Of a stretch of DNA of 46,657 nt, positions 12,075-24,638 are shown one piece after another. This DNA comes from Octopus bimaculoides (taxonomy: Eukaryota), in the NCBI RefSeq assembly GCF_001194135.2, contig NC_068985.1, positions 92,442,728-92,489,384 of the forward strand, read 5' to 3'. The notes beneath the pieces were generated by a model that did no database searches, was not told the DNA's origin, and saw only the letters and a list, made by a program, of their open reading frames with translations. Every line of letters starts with the position of its first letter. The stretch's first letter is position 1. The position numbers were made by a program, and so were the translations under genes.

Positions 12075-12478
12075 CTTTCACCTTTTACTTGTTTCAGTCA
12101 TTAGACTGAAGCCATGCTGGAGCACTGCCATGGGGAATTTTAGTTGAATGAATCAACCACAGTGCTTTGTTTGTTTTTTTTTTGTTTTTTTTTCTAAGCT
12201 TGTTACTTATTCTATCAGTATCTTTTCTCGAACTGCTAAGTTATGAGGATGTAAACAAACCAGCCCCACCAAGCAGTGGTGAGAGACAAAAACTAACACA
12301 GACCCCCCCCCCACTCACAGTGGGATTCTTTCAGTTTCTATATACAAAACTCACTCAGAAAGCTTTGGTCAAATTGAGGCTATAATTGATGACGTTTGCT
12401 CAAGATACCACATGGTAGGATTGAACCCAGGACCATGCGGTTGGGAAGTAGACTTCTTACCACACAGCCATTCCTGCA
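12075..12478 (-). mobile_element. SINE A1, full length
   Basis: Head GGCTGTGTGGTAAGAAG...GGGTTCAATCC; tail homologous to 6935-7080. Confidence 0.85.
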
Positions 12479-12529
12479 CTTATTTTACCATTTTCTTCTT
12501 TTCTGTTTTGTTTTGTTTTTAAAGCGACC

Positions 12530-12670
12530 AAAATTACAATTTCAAAATTGGGTTTAAGGTCAACAATTTTAGAAAAAATGGGATTAGTTAATTTACATTA
12601 ACCCAGTACTTGACTGCTGTTGTTTTTTTTATCTTATTTTATTGGCCCCGAAGGTGTTTGAACTGTGAAG
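12530..12670 (-). mobile_element. SINE E 3' fragment
   Basis: TACATTAACCCAGTACTTGACTG...TTTATTGGCCCCGAAGG resembles the reverse complement of the E body. Confidence 0.5.
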
Positions 12671-12764
12671 GTAACCTGGAGGATTACATTTATCTTCATT
12701 ACAATGTTAATGAATTGCAAGAAATATCTTGAGGCATTTTGTCAGATGCTCTAATGATTTTGCC

Positions 12765-12878
12765 AGTTTGCCATCTTACAACACAATCTTAATGAGTTTT
12801 TTTTTACTAAATTCTTTATTTTGAAAATTAATTCAAACAAAGACAATATATTTCGGTAAAACCATGGTAACAAAACGT
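12765..12878. mobile_element. MITE F fragment
   Basis: TACTAAATTCTTTATTTTGAAAATTAATT...ATGGTAACAAAA, as in 43790-43870. Confidence 0.7.
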
Positions 12879-13047
12879 GTGTGTGTGTGTTTATTTGAGA
12901 AGAATTACTCAATATTTTTTTTGCAGAGTACATGGTTATTACATATTTACAAGAAGCAGGCTGATAGGGACTTTGAAGTTTTGGCGTGCTAGACTTCAGA
13001 CTGTCCAACAAAGTGTAACAGGTCAAAACTTTGAATTCACTGTCACT

Positions 13048-13395
13048 CTTCTTCATGTTGTTCGTTTAAAATCCGCTTTCCATGCTAGCATGGGTTGGAC
13101 GATTTGACTGAGGACTGGTGAACTGGATGTCTGCACCAGGCTCCAATCTGTTCTGCAGAGTTTCTACAGCTGGATGCCCTTCCTAATGCCAACCTCTCTG
13201 AGAGTGTAGTGGGTGCTTTTACATGCCACCGGCACAAGGGCCAGTCACGCAGTACTGGCAATGGCAATGCTCAAAATGGCGTTTTTTACGTGCTACCTTC
13301 ACAGGAGCCAGTTCAGTGGCACTGGCAACGACCTCGCTTGAATGATTTTCTAATGTGTCACCGGCACAAGCGCCAGTAAGGCAACGTGTGATAAC
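13048..13395 (-). mobile_element. RTE-type LINE 3' UTR fragment with ~65-bp subrepeats
   Basis: Colinear with 32471-32810. Confidence 0.9.
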
Positions 13396-13459
13396 ATAAA
13401 ATATGCATGCAGTGTGTGTGTGTGTGTGCATATATATGCGTTTGTGTATGTTTAAAATT

Positions 13460-13632
13460 TATCACCTGTTTTCTGTGCTGGCATGGGTTGGATTGTTTGA
13501 CAGGAGCTGTTGAGGCTGGGTTGGGGGGAGGCACCCCTGGCTCTATTGTCTTTTTTAGAGAGGCTTCTATAGCTGGATGCCTTTCCTAATGCCAACCACT
13601 CCGAGAGTGTAATGGGTGCTTTTTACATGGCT
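13460..13632 (-). mobile_element. RTE-type LINE 3' end fragment
   Basis: GCTGGCATGGGTTGG...CTAATGCCAACCACTCCGAGAGTGT. Confidence 0.85.
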
Positions 13633-14160
13633 CTAACGTCAACAGGGTAAAATATGGAACACTTCCACAAATTTGCATACCACGTGTGTGTGTGTGTGTG
13701 TGTGTGCGTCTGTGTGAATTTAGAGAAAAGACTAACTATTACATAAAATGAAGATTACATAAGATAGTCTTTGATTAAATTGGATTTGACATATCTGTTC
13801 TGATTCTTAATATTTTGGTTTTTATTCATTTACGTTCACATAAAAAGATCTGTAATACCAGGACTGACAGAAGCTACTTACAGACAACAACTAGCATCTC
13901 TTAAGATTATAGTCAGAAGAAAAATTCATCTGATTAATAAAACATTCCTTAATAAGTGCACGCATAGCATCCTCTAAATAGCCACTTGAAGTGCTAGAAA
14001 TGATAACCAAATCGCACCCTAAAGTTGCACTTTGTTGTCTTAACTATCAAAATTCTAAGCGATCTGAGACTGCTTATGCAAAAATGCTTGTATTTAAATT
14101 AAAACCTTGATTGATAATTAACTACATAATACATGAGATTTCAGTTGATCATCTTCAGCT

Positions 14161-14660
14161 GGAGCAGGTGTGGCTCTATGGTTGAGGGACTCACTTTGCA
14201 ACCAGCTTACTTCTGTTTCAATCCCACTGTGTAGCACCTTTGGCAAGTGTCTTTCACTATAGCTCTAGGCTGACCAATTCCTTGTGAGTGAATTTGGTAG
14301 ACAGAAATTGTATGGAAGCCTGTATGCATGCGTGTGTGTGTGTGTGTGTGTGAATGAGTTGCATGGATGGAATGGCCCTTCTTGCAACTACATTTTATGA
14401 CTAGCTATACCTTTCCTGATGCCATCAAATTCTGCCAGAAATCCTTCTTTAATTTAGAAGAATTTAGTAAACAGCTAAGAAAGATTATTCAAATTGAGTG
14501 ATGACATCATGAAAAATTTAGCCCATGATGCCCAACAACTACGTATTAAATTCTTTGCTTGGGAATTGGTAAAGGTTGGTGCCAAGAAGGGTATCCAGTT
14601 ATTGCAACTCTGCCTCAAACTTTGTCTGACTTATGCAAACATGGAAAAGTAGACATCAAA
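14161..14660 (+). mobile_element. SINE A2, degenerate and interrupted
   Basis: Head and body 14161-14325, (TG)n, tail 14550-14660 ending CATGGAAAAGTAGACATCAAA. Confidence 0.65.
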
Positions 14661-14694
14661 ATCACATGTGTGCACACATGTGCGCACGTGCACG

Positions 14695-14850
14695 ATAGGC
14701 TTCATATAGTTTCCACCAACCACCAACAAGGCATTATTGGTCAACTGGGGGCTAAAGTAGAAGAAACCTGTCCAGGGTGTCAAGCAGTGGGACTGAACTG
14801 GAAACCAAGCAGCTGCAAAATGAGCTTCTTACCCACACAGCTATGTTTGT
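14695..14850 (-). mobile_element. SINE A head and body
   Basis: GTGGGACTGAAC...CTTCTTACCCACACAGCTATG is the reverse complement of the A head. Confidence 0.8.
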
Positions 14851-14884
14851 GTCCATGTATTCACAAATAATCATGCCAATAAGG

Positions 14885-15145
14885 GAATCATTACATGATC
14901 ACTCCACCTGCTAGAAATAGCAGCCTAATCTCTTTCAAATCACAATCTTATATCTTAAGAAATGAACACATGTGAACAGCATAATCTTAGTTATTAATCC
15001 AACTCCTTCCAACGTGAAAAATAGGCGTTAAATGATGATGGTGATGGTGATGATGATGATGATGATGATGAAGATTGCTCCCAAAATGCTTTTGATCACA
15101 GGTCTACTCGATAATGGATGACCCAGGGTTAAACAACAGCGAAAA
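14885..15145 (+). mobile_element. Dispersed repeat module I (probable SINE tail); relatives near 2105-2290, 9020-9090, 13985-14100, 45770-45960
   Basis: CTGCTAGAAATAGCAGC ... TTTGATCACAGGTCT ... GGGTTAAACAACA shared among copies. Confidence 0.65.
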
Positions 15146-15439
15146 ACAAATATATAAAAGGAAGGACATATTCAATAATGTAGTTTGCTACTTGAAAGGG
15201 GAATAAAATTGGCAAGGTCATGGTTGGAATTCCTTTTGATCCACCATGTCCACCATTGTTTCTTAATGTAAATCTTCACTGCAGAATGAAGGACTATGGC
15301 ATTGTCCCTTGTTCTCTCTCTTTACCGATTTTGTTGACAATTTTGTATTGGACTCTGATCTCTTGTGTTTCTGGTTGCATGCCCACCACTGCTGAACTCG
15401 TGAGTCATCAGCTTCTCACAACACATCTCTTCTTTAACC

Positions 15440-15575
15440 ATTGCCATCACCACCACCACCCTCACCATCACCACCCTCACCATCACCACCCTCACCACCA
15501 CCACCACTACCACCCTCACTGCTATCTCGAGCCCCACCACCACCATCACCACCACCATCACTGCTATCTCGACAC
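15440..15575. repeat. (CAC/CAT)n trinucleotide tract
   Basis: Direct reading. Confidence 0.95.
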
Positions 15576-16020
15576 TCCCCACCCCCTTCACATTTGGTTC
15601 TTCTTCATTTTGTTGTCCTCCGCCATTTTGCAAATCCTTTTGATACAACGCGATCCAACATTGCACTTTCGTTATTAAATCCCTCCTGCATCCCCATACC
15701 CCACCCCGCCCCGCCTCCCCCCTCTTTTCATGTCTTTCTTTGCTTGGTATGGATCTGAAAGCCTAAAGCAATGNNNNNNNNNNNNNTTTTTTTTTTTTTT
15801 TAACTCTAATAATCTAATGACATCAATAAATATTTGTATCTTTTGAACATTTTTCATTGGCCATAGTTTAGAATAAAATTTATTTCTATTTATATGTTAC
15901 CATTATCATTTTTTTTTATTCAAATTAAAACAAAAAACAAAAAAATTAATATATTTTTTTTTTAATTGACAATTTCTATTTATTAAATTATCAAAGCAAA
16001 CAAGTATCAGATTTAGAGAG

Positions 16021-16160
16021 ATGATGGTTATGATGGTGATGATGATGATGATGATGGTTATTATGATGATGGTTATGATGGTGATGATGATGATGATGAT
16101 GGTTATTATGATGATGGTTATGATGATGATGATGAAGGTTATGATGATGATGATGATGGT
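16021..16160. repeat. (ATG)n tract with ~42-45-bp higher-order unit
   Basis: ATGATGGTTATGATGGTG(ATG)nGTTATT occurs twice. Confidence 0.95.
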
Positions 16161-16590
16161 GGTTAGTAAAAGTATTTTGTTTAATTGTCGATGTTCTAAC
16201 TTGCTAGCTCAAACAATCTCTCGCAACCATTCAAACTGCCCAGTCATTCATATAACACCAATTCTAGCAAAAAAAAAAAACAAAAAAAAAACACACAGAA
16301 CACTGCTTTTGATTTCAGACATTACATAAATGTGAACGCAAACTTTGGGAGAATGCCATGTTATTCTCTGCTAGATTTGTATAATTTTATGATCATTATC
16401 AGATCAAATTATTCAGTAAATTGAGTATTCTTGTCAAAATTTAACATACCTAAGATGAGTTATCATTGCTATTTCACACTTATCATTTCCGAGTATGCTC
16501 GTCTTTCATTGTTTCCGCTGCAATGTTTTGACTATAGATAATGGAATGTGTGTGTGTGCGTGCACATGTANNNNNNNNNNTGTGTGTTTG

Positions 16591-16632
<42 letters not shown>

Positions 16633-16862
16633 TGGAGACCGAGCATCCAATCGTTCTCAGGTACAGCGCTATGTTATGATAAACTTCACTGAAACTAACG
16701 CATTGTCTGACTGGATAAGAACGCTAATCATAAAGATTCACAGAGTTCATTCTGTAGCTTGGATACCATATTTGGGCTGGCACAAAGGGAAAATCAGAGG
16801 TCTCATCAATCAAAACATGGTTGGAAGCAATGGAGATGGTTCGATAGTATCAATTGAAAATT

Positions 16863-16970
16863 TTCTTCTTCTTCTTCTTCTTCTTCTTCTTCTTCTTCTT
16901 CTTCTTCTTCTTCTTCTTCTTCTTCTTCTTCTTCTTCTTCTTCTTCTTCTTCTTCTTCTTCTTCTTCTTC
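16863..16970. repeat. Pure (TTC)36
   Basis: 108 bp uninterrupted. Confidence 0.98.
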
Positions 16971-19095
16971 TCTTTAGAAGCTTCAGTGAAATTTTGTTCA
17001 TAAGGTCTTCAGTGTTACCTATAGAAAATATTTCTTGCAACTAAAAGGAGAGAGAGATAGAGAGAGAAAGAGGAAGAAGAATCTATTTTGGAAAATAGTT
17101 TTAGAAAGAACTAGTCTTGCTAAATGCTTTTGTCTGTTCTCTTGGGATGCTACATGTAAGCAGTGGCAACACGCTTAGAAAACTTTCAAATGAGAGACTG
17201 TGTCTGATGATGGTTGCATAAATATTCTAATACAAATATGTCTATAAACATTTATGATATCTAACAGAAAATAATTTAATAGTAAGCTTCATAACCAACG
17301 GCAGAGACAAAAATATAAAATATAATTACCATTGGTCTGGAGTTAAAAGGATTACATTTAGTTTTTTTTATTTAAAAATTTTTTTTTTTCTCCATAACTA
17401 GATGATAAATTGTGTAAGCTAGCCAGACATTGGTGCAAAGATGTAATAAATTTAGGACTATTAGAAAGTTTTTTTCTTTTCTTTTTTGTTAAATTATTCA
17501 TAATATTAGAAGCAAATAAACATTGGAACTGAGCGTCACAAATATCAAAATTTATGCTTGAATTAAACTTTTAAAATAGTCGATAGCAAAGAAGAAGCAA
17601 AAAAAAAAAAAAATGAATGAAATATGGGAAAACAATGTTCAGATATTTTTTGAGTTGAAATGAATTCTACTTAATGCTATTGAATGATATAGTAAATGTT
17701 TTGAGTGTATGAAACAACACAATCCCAAATCAAATGTGTACTTTTGTTATGCAATTCTGTACCTCTCTTGCATCTCTGTCTCTGTCGCCCAAATATATTC
17801 CTACCTTTCTAATACGTCTACCAAGACAGAAATATCTAAACAAATTACTGTTTTGTTTTTTTGTTTTTGTTTTTTGGTGGGGGGATTGTCTTTTCTTTTT
17901 CTTTTATTTTTATTTTATGTTGAATCAATGGAGACTATAACTCATTCTATATTTCTACCATCCAAACTCAAAAAGAACAAAAAAAAAATACAAAAATGAA
18001 TGAAAGCTAAAAATTCTCACAAAACCACTCAAAATGGAGACTGGTCAACCTATCTTTCAAGAATACTAGCCATACTCATAATTTAAGAGCAAACTCACTT
18101 AGAGACGTGCTTTGTTGAATAGCTGTGCAACTATCTGTCTGATCATTCACCCATCTTCAACCTGTGTATGTACATCATCTTAACTCCATTGTTCTATTGA
18201 TAGAAATCGGAATTATGACACTATACAATAATGGTCAAAGATCTGCATTTTCTAAGTGAATATCAATTGTATTTGATTAGCCCCCTTCTGGGCATACGTG
18301 AAGTGAGTCACTGGTCTATAATTTAATTTTGAATTAGAAATATTTCCGTTGAAGTAATTTTATGTATACATCTGAAGACATTCAATTTTAATCAGACATT
18401 ATTGAAATCGTATGAAGTATTGCTCCTAACCCTTCGATGAATGACAAGATAATTTCTATTGAATCCATAACTGGAAATTTTACCAAGAACCAAAGAAATA
18501 CCTTTTATGCCTTCTAATTTTTTTTTTTTTCAATGATTTTAATTCATAATTTGTGAATTTTAAAATGACTGTAAAAGGCTACATTTTGATTGAGGTCTCA
18601 CTANNNNNNNNNNTAAGTTGAAGGTAAACTAAAAATTGTCAGCAAGTTGATAAAATTTAATGTTAATTCTTTGTCGTTTTCTGGCATGGATCTCTAAAAG
18701 AACTGACTGACACAGGATTCTGTAACATTGATGCCTTCACTTCTAAGCTTTGGTACACTGTGTGCCCTTGGCAGGTATTTAATTCAATCCAAGAATCCAG
18801 TGGGCTCTGGGACCAAATTTCAAAGACAACAATAATTATTGGTAGTTGTAAAGGGGTTTTGTCTTTATTTCTTTGGATAACATCAAACTCTTTCTTGAGC
18901 CCATTCCATGCAAACCTCTTCCTTATCATCATCATCATCATAGGTTAATACATAAGTTAATCATTTTTGATGTCATAACTGTTGCCTAACTATCCATTAA
19001 TTACCCTAATTACCATTTTCAGTATTGGAATTATTTCCCTTTTGTTTGATTTTGGAATAAGGGTTTTGAGTTTAAGTTAAAAATTTTAGAACAAG

Positions 19096-19320
19096 ATCAT
19101 CCTCATTATCATCATTTAACGTCCATTTTCCCAGCTGGCATGGGTTGGACAATTTGACAGGAGCTAGCAAGCTGGAAAACTGTGCAAGGTTCCACTGTCT
19201 GTTTTGCTTCTAAAGTAGGATGCCCTTCCTAATGCCAACCACTGGACAGAGTATACTAGATGTTTTTTTTTTTATGTGACACCACCACCATTGCGTTTTA
19301 CACGGCACCAGCACCAGGTT
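19096..19320 (-). mobile_element. RTE-type LINE 3' end fragment
   Basis: ATCATCATTTAACGTCCATTTTCC...GGATGCCCTTCCTAATGCCAACCAC. Confidence 0.85.
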
Positions 19321-19596
19321 GTTCTACAAAAAAAAAAAGAAAAAAACAACAGAATGGCAAGAAATTCTGGTCAAAGGTTTCATTAACTTAGGTACTCTCA
19401 TCCTCTTGTAATCTGATCAAGTAGAGAGGTATTGCACCAAGGGCCATCTCAAAGACAATCTTGTATCAAGCGTTCGAGTTGTTATTTATCAGCAGCAGCG
19501 TTAAAGATTCTCATGACATCTCACAGAATAATTCAATGCATTCCAATTTCCAAAATTCTTACATGTTATTTTGCGTGTTTTGGGATTATATTTGTC

Positions 19597-19599
<3 letters not shown>

Positions 19600-19630
<31 letters not shown>

Positions 19631-19682
19631 GATAATAATAATGATGATGATGATGATGATAACAAGAACAAGAATAATAATG
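19600..19682. repeat. (AAT)n/(GAT)n compound microsatellite
   Basis: Direct reading. Confidence 0.95.
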
Positions 19683-20289
19683 AAAAGAAAGTAGTGTGCT
19701 GTTTGAGTGTTTTGAACATTTTATTGGTTTATTCAGTCACACCATGTGGCTTCTTGGAGGTGAATAATAAATAATATATTCACAAGAATTTTTTTCTTTC
19801 TTATTTCCGCACAATGTGGAGGGAAAAGAAATTCAGTATAAGAGTAATCTTTATAAATATGTGTGTGATGTATACAAACATAAGCCTTATGTGTAGAAAA
19901 AGAAACATTAGTATTTCTTCTTTATATAAGAAATAAGTACTTTATAGCCAAGGGACTCTGAAAGTGTCTAAGAAACCAAGGGTAAACATGTCAGCCTTTA
20001 AGTAGAACTCCTATAGACTCTGAGAATAATGAAGTTCAGATGCAAAAGAGCGAAATAAAATGAGAAAATTTAGTGGGAAGTAGGTAGGTGGTGAGTGCTA
20101 TGAATGTCTGTGTATAATAAACTGGTGGTACATTGTGTCGATATATAGGTGAGGTGAATGTTTGAATAGAACCCTGTTAGGCAGAGGTTGTCACCATAAT
20201 ACTGGAATACCAGTAGAATAGCAGAATATTGAACCACTTCCACAGGGAGCAACAGCATAGTATAATGCATGCGTCTGTCTATAATATGC

Positions 20290-20314
20290 ATATGTGTATA
20301 TGTGTGTGTCTGCA

Positions 20315-20375
<61 letters not shown>

Positions 20376-20420
20376 ATGTATGTATAAATATGTATGTATA
20401 TATATGTATATATATATATC
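20290..20420. repeat. (TA)n/(TATG)n compound microsatellite
   Basis: Direct reading. Confidence 0.95.
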
Positions 20421-21029
20421 CCCACCACATAGACACACACATAATGGTAAAGGCTGAATTGCTTAAATTTTGTCTTGTTCTCAGAATAAAATAAATAAAA
20501 CACGATAAAATCTTCCCCAGAAGAATTTGATTCCAAACCTTTTGGCATAGCATTAATGTTGATATATTTGCTTCGCATTGTTAATCTTTTCTGCCTGATA
20601 GAATAAATTATTGATCAGTTATAGATATCATTCCTGACGCTGGGTGCAAAGTCACAGATAGTCGAAAGCAATAGCGAGGATTTTAGATTTGGAATCACAC
20701 ACTACTGACTGCAAACTACTGTTCTTGAAAACCTCAAACTTGAATTGAATCTTCATAGCATAGATCTCTTTAATATGCTTTTCGTATTTTATCAGCACAT
20801 ATTTCCAAACTGGAGCTCCATTTCTTGTCGGATTCCGAAGCATTGTCTAATAGATTATTGAAGTCTTAAGTTTTCAGCTAAATCTAATACTAGAATCATT
20901 TGGTTTCAAGTAGCAAACAGATTTCCAAATTCAATATTTCGAGGTTGAAATGGGAGAGGAAACATAACATATTCCCTCTTGTTATTTCTTTGAAGACAGA
21001 AACAAATATATTTTTTTTTTCTTCTTTAA

Positions 21030-21420
21030 ACCTAATGCAGCTGAAAGTGTGCCAATTAAATCTCTTATGTTCTTACAAAGAGAGAAACCTATTTATATCT
21101 GAGTTTTCATGATCTTACATATTATGGGATGCTAGGCCTGTGTATGATGATTTAACGGCAAAATTTCTCCCAGATCATTGGTTTCGCTAACATGGTTACA
21201 CATTGATCGGTCTAATCCACCACCCCTTTCAACATCTATATGCTCCGAATCACAACTTCTCTGCACATTTTACACATGATATTCTCATCTGACAACACCA
21301 CAATCACATTTTCTCACATCACACCCCAACAGCTGCTGAAGAATTTCAATCATGGATTCAGGAACAAGCATCTCACTTCCATAAAAGAGATCAACTCCAG
21401 TTACCAGTGCAATAATCACA
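21030..21420 (+). pseudogene. Decayed non-LTR reverse transcriptase fragment (I/Jockey/CR1-group-like)
   Basis: 21207-21242 translates SV*STTPFNIYM (cf. GSVLSPTLFNIYM); SDN at +16 to +18 after the Met matches the ADD catalytic position, followed by TTIT; frameshifts and stops. Confidence 0.65.
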
Positions 21421-21876
21421 TGTAGCTTTCTGAAATATCATTTCATTCTTTACTTTCGATCTAATAATGTAACCAGCTGCATCTCTCTTTCTTTCTCCTG
21501 CTCTCTCCTTCTCTCTCTTGCTTTCTCTCTGTCTTTATCTCTCTCTATCACTTCTACCTTCTCTCATTCTTTCTCACACACTCTTTTGCAATAGATATTA
21601 CTTAAAACATATTACAGAATTCATGAAATAGGAAAACATGGAGTGAAAATGATAAGGCATTGAACTAAAGATTCTATGATTTTTAGTTCCACCTCTTTAA
21701 ATGGTCAGTTTAATTCCTACTGCATTTCATTTCGTCTTTCATCCATTTTTATCATGACACCAGCATTAGAGAAGTTACCTTGACTCCTGCATTACTTGGA
21801 GACTCTTCTTGACTCTGTCTCCATTTGTTTAAGGTAAACCTGACTGGCAAAACAAATGCGAGAGAGAAAGAGAGAG

Positions 21877-21879
<3 letters not shown>

Positions 21880-21946
<67 letters not shown>
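21880..21946. repeat. (GT)n microsatellite
   Basis: Direct reading. Confidence 0.98.
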
Positions 21947-21947
<1 letters not shown>

Positions 21948-22324
21948 TAGTGAAGCAGTGATAGGAACAAGTGGATGGTAGGAGATATAGCAATAAAAGA
22001 CTGACAGTGGTGTCATGGTTGTTGGTAAGCAGAATGAACCTGGCAGAAAACCAGTATCAGCTGTGAGATGGAGAACGAAGCAATGAAAATGAATTTTAGT
22101 AAGAGAGAGAGAGAGAGAGAATGAGAGAGAGAGAATGAGAGAGAGAGGAATAAAGATGGTTGATGAGAAGTGAGAATGATAGATATGAATGAAGTGACAC
22201 AATGGAGGGAAGATTGAGTGATGGCAGAAGTACTGAATGAATATGGAAAGATTTGGCATCAGTCTCTCTTAAGACAGGCACCATGATGGAAGAGGCAGAG
22301 TACTAAGGGATAATGATGTGTGTA

Positions 22325-22366
<42 letters not shown>

Positions 22367-22370
22367 GGAA

Positions 22371-22513
22371 ACATCCATTTTCCATTCTAACATGGTTGGA
22401 AAGTCCGAGGGGGAGCAATGAGTCAGATGACCGCTCCTAGTTTCAGTTCCTGCTTCGACACAGTTTCTATAGCAGGATACCCTTTCTAATGCCAGCCACT
22501 ATACAGAATGTAA
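22371..22513 (-). mobile_element. RTE-type 3' end fragment
   Basis: ACATCCATTTTCCATTCTAACATGGTTGG...CCCTTTCTAATGCCAGCCACT. Confidence 0.75.
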
Positions 22514-22938
22514 AGTGGTTGGCATTAGAAAAGGGATAGAAATATTACTATTTCTAAATCTCTCAAAGAGAGATATTCAGTAACAGTTCCTTAAAGTAAA
22601 AACTATTTGCCAACATAATGTGGCTGTCCTGGATGGGATGAATGTTACTGTTGTTTAACCCCAGGAAACATCATTTCCAGCTGGCTATACAACACAATAT
22701 CTGTGAACAGCAATGATGATACTGGTTTGACTTTTAATCTCTTTAACAATTCAAAATAATGAATTTAGTTCCTCTTAATTCCACATCAGTTCAGCTAATT
22801 GTATATATTTATCACTACTTTTCATAAAAAAGCCGTTATCTTTTTGGATATTCAATGTGCATTTTTCGCTGTTTTTCTTCTTACTTTCCCCATACCTTTT
22901 CCACGTGTAGTTTCTATTTTCTTTTTGAAACATTTTTC

Positions 22939-22977
<39 letters not shown>

Positions 22978-23255
22978 CAAAATAAGCAACAAGGATATCC
23001 AAAGTTAATGCAGTATGATCGTTTCATGCGACTCCATTTATTTAAGCAATGTGAACATTACATCAAATGTAAAATGCAGAGCAATCCTCAGCTGCACAAA
23101 GATATAGAAATTTACTGAAATTACATTTCAACAGAAGAACATATTTTTATAACTACATTTAAACTCTCCAAGTAGAAAGGAAGAATACAAAATACCATTT
23201 TGACTTAGCCAGATCATACAGGCTAGTAAATAATTGTAAGCAGATTTTTAACTGT

Positions 23256-23345
23256 CAGCTGCACCAGACTCCAATCTGATCTGGCAGAGTTTCTACAGCT
23301 GGATGCCCTTCCTAACGCCAACCACTCCGAGAGTGTAGTGGGTGC

Positions 23346-23346
<1 letters not shown>
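23256..23346 (-). mobile_element. RTE-type 3' UTR fragment
   Basis: Near-identical to 32550-32640. Confidence 0.9.
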
Positions 23347-23390
<44 letters not shown>

Positions 23391-23479
23391 GTGTGTGTGT
23401 GTGTGTGTATTTTGTGGCAAAATTACATAAATGAGCACACAATAGAAGACTTCCAACTGATTATGGCATATTATTGTAT

Positions 23480-23725
23480 TTCCTTTCCGATGCCATAGGA
23501 TCTGCAAATCTCAAAGAAGCCTGAAGAATCATTTCAAGGTTCATCAAGAACCATACACCACGGCCAGTTGAAGCAGCACCAAAACTAATGTGCACTTTAT
23601 GTGGATGTCCTTTTAAAAGTACGTCTGGTTTAAAAATCTACATGAGATCTCATGGCAGGCTGAGCATTACATACATTGAGGTTGTCAAGCTTTGCAGTGA
23701 GCAAACAGCCATCGTGTGTATATGC
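23480..23725 (+). pseudogene. Decayed retroelement C-terminus with two C2H2-type zinc fingers (RTE-like)
   Basis: CHRICKSQRSLKNHFKVH from 23491, frameshift, then CTLCGCPFKSTSGLKIYMRSH (23591-23653); no TGEKP linkers. Confidence 0.6.
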
Positions 23726-24601
23726 ATTCTTTAATGTATGTTTACCTCAGGCTTGGAGGTAAAATACTCCATTGAAGCAGATCTCGCCTGTTGTGTTGTT
23801 ATCTGATTTATTTTCTGTCATGTTGATGTCTGCTATGCGTTTATCACATTTTGCAAGAATTATAAAATGGGTAGCAGACAAAGTACTGAGGTTGATATAA
23901 TCTATTGAGGGAACCTTTTGAAGGTGAGGGTGGGCCCCCTGAATAGCTGCAGTCCAAAGGCTGAATAAAAACCCATGGAAGTAGAATGTGATAGTATGAG
24001 ATACTAGTGTTTACACAGTACACTGAATATGAAGGCTGTAGCATGGCCTTGGCTCTGATAGCTAGAATAAACTGAAGAACTGTCTTGTACGAAGAGACAT
24101 GAGTAGATATATCAGATCAATAAACCCCACCCTTTCCTTATCAGGTTCTGGGTACAGAATGGAACAAATTAGGAAAAAAATTAATGCTATCCACATTGTA
24201 ACAGGCTACTTACTCTCTCTTTCTCTCCTTCTCTGTATTTTTTAGTGTCCTTTGCTTTCTCTCTCTCCCTCTCTCTCTCCCTCTCTCTTTCTCTCCCTCT
24301 CTCTTTAACTCTCTTTCTCTCTCTCTTTCTCATATGACTACATCAAAGAGAGAATTCAATACATTTGCAAAGTAGTCCAGGAGAAAACTATTAGTCATAC
24401 AGAGGCATTGAACTTCTCAATATCCACAATCATGTATGTATGTGCATATGTGTGTGTGTGCGTGTGTATGTATGTGTTGATATATATTATGTATATATTA
24501 TGTGTGTATGTATGTATTGATTATCATTACAATCACTGAATGCAAATGTTTAAATTGTGAAAGCTTAATTCATAACTGAAGTACATCTAATGCTAAAGAC
24601 C

Positions 24602-24638
<37 letters not shown>

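Noticed and set aside
15220-15758. Poly-His and poly-Pro ORFs
   Set aside because: Microsatellite-derived, open in several frames, no splice or domain support.
18663-18948. Overlapping 92-aa and 62-aa ORFs on opposite strands
   Set aside because: No recognisable motif; one starts in an (ATG)n microsatellite.
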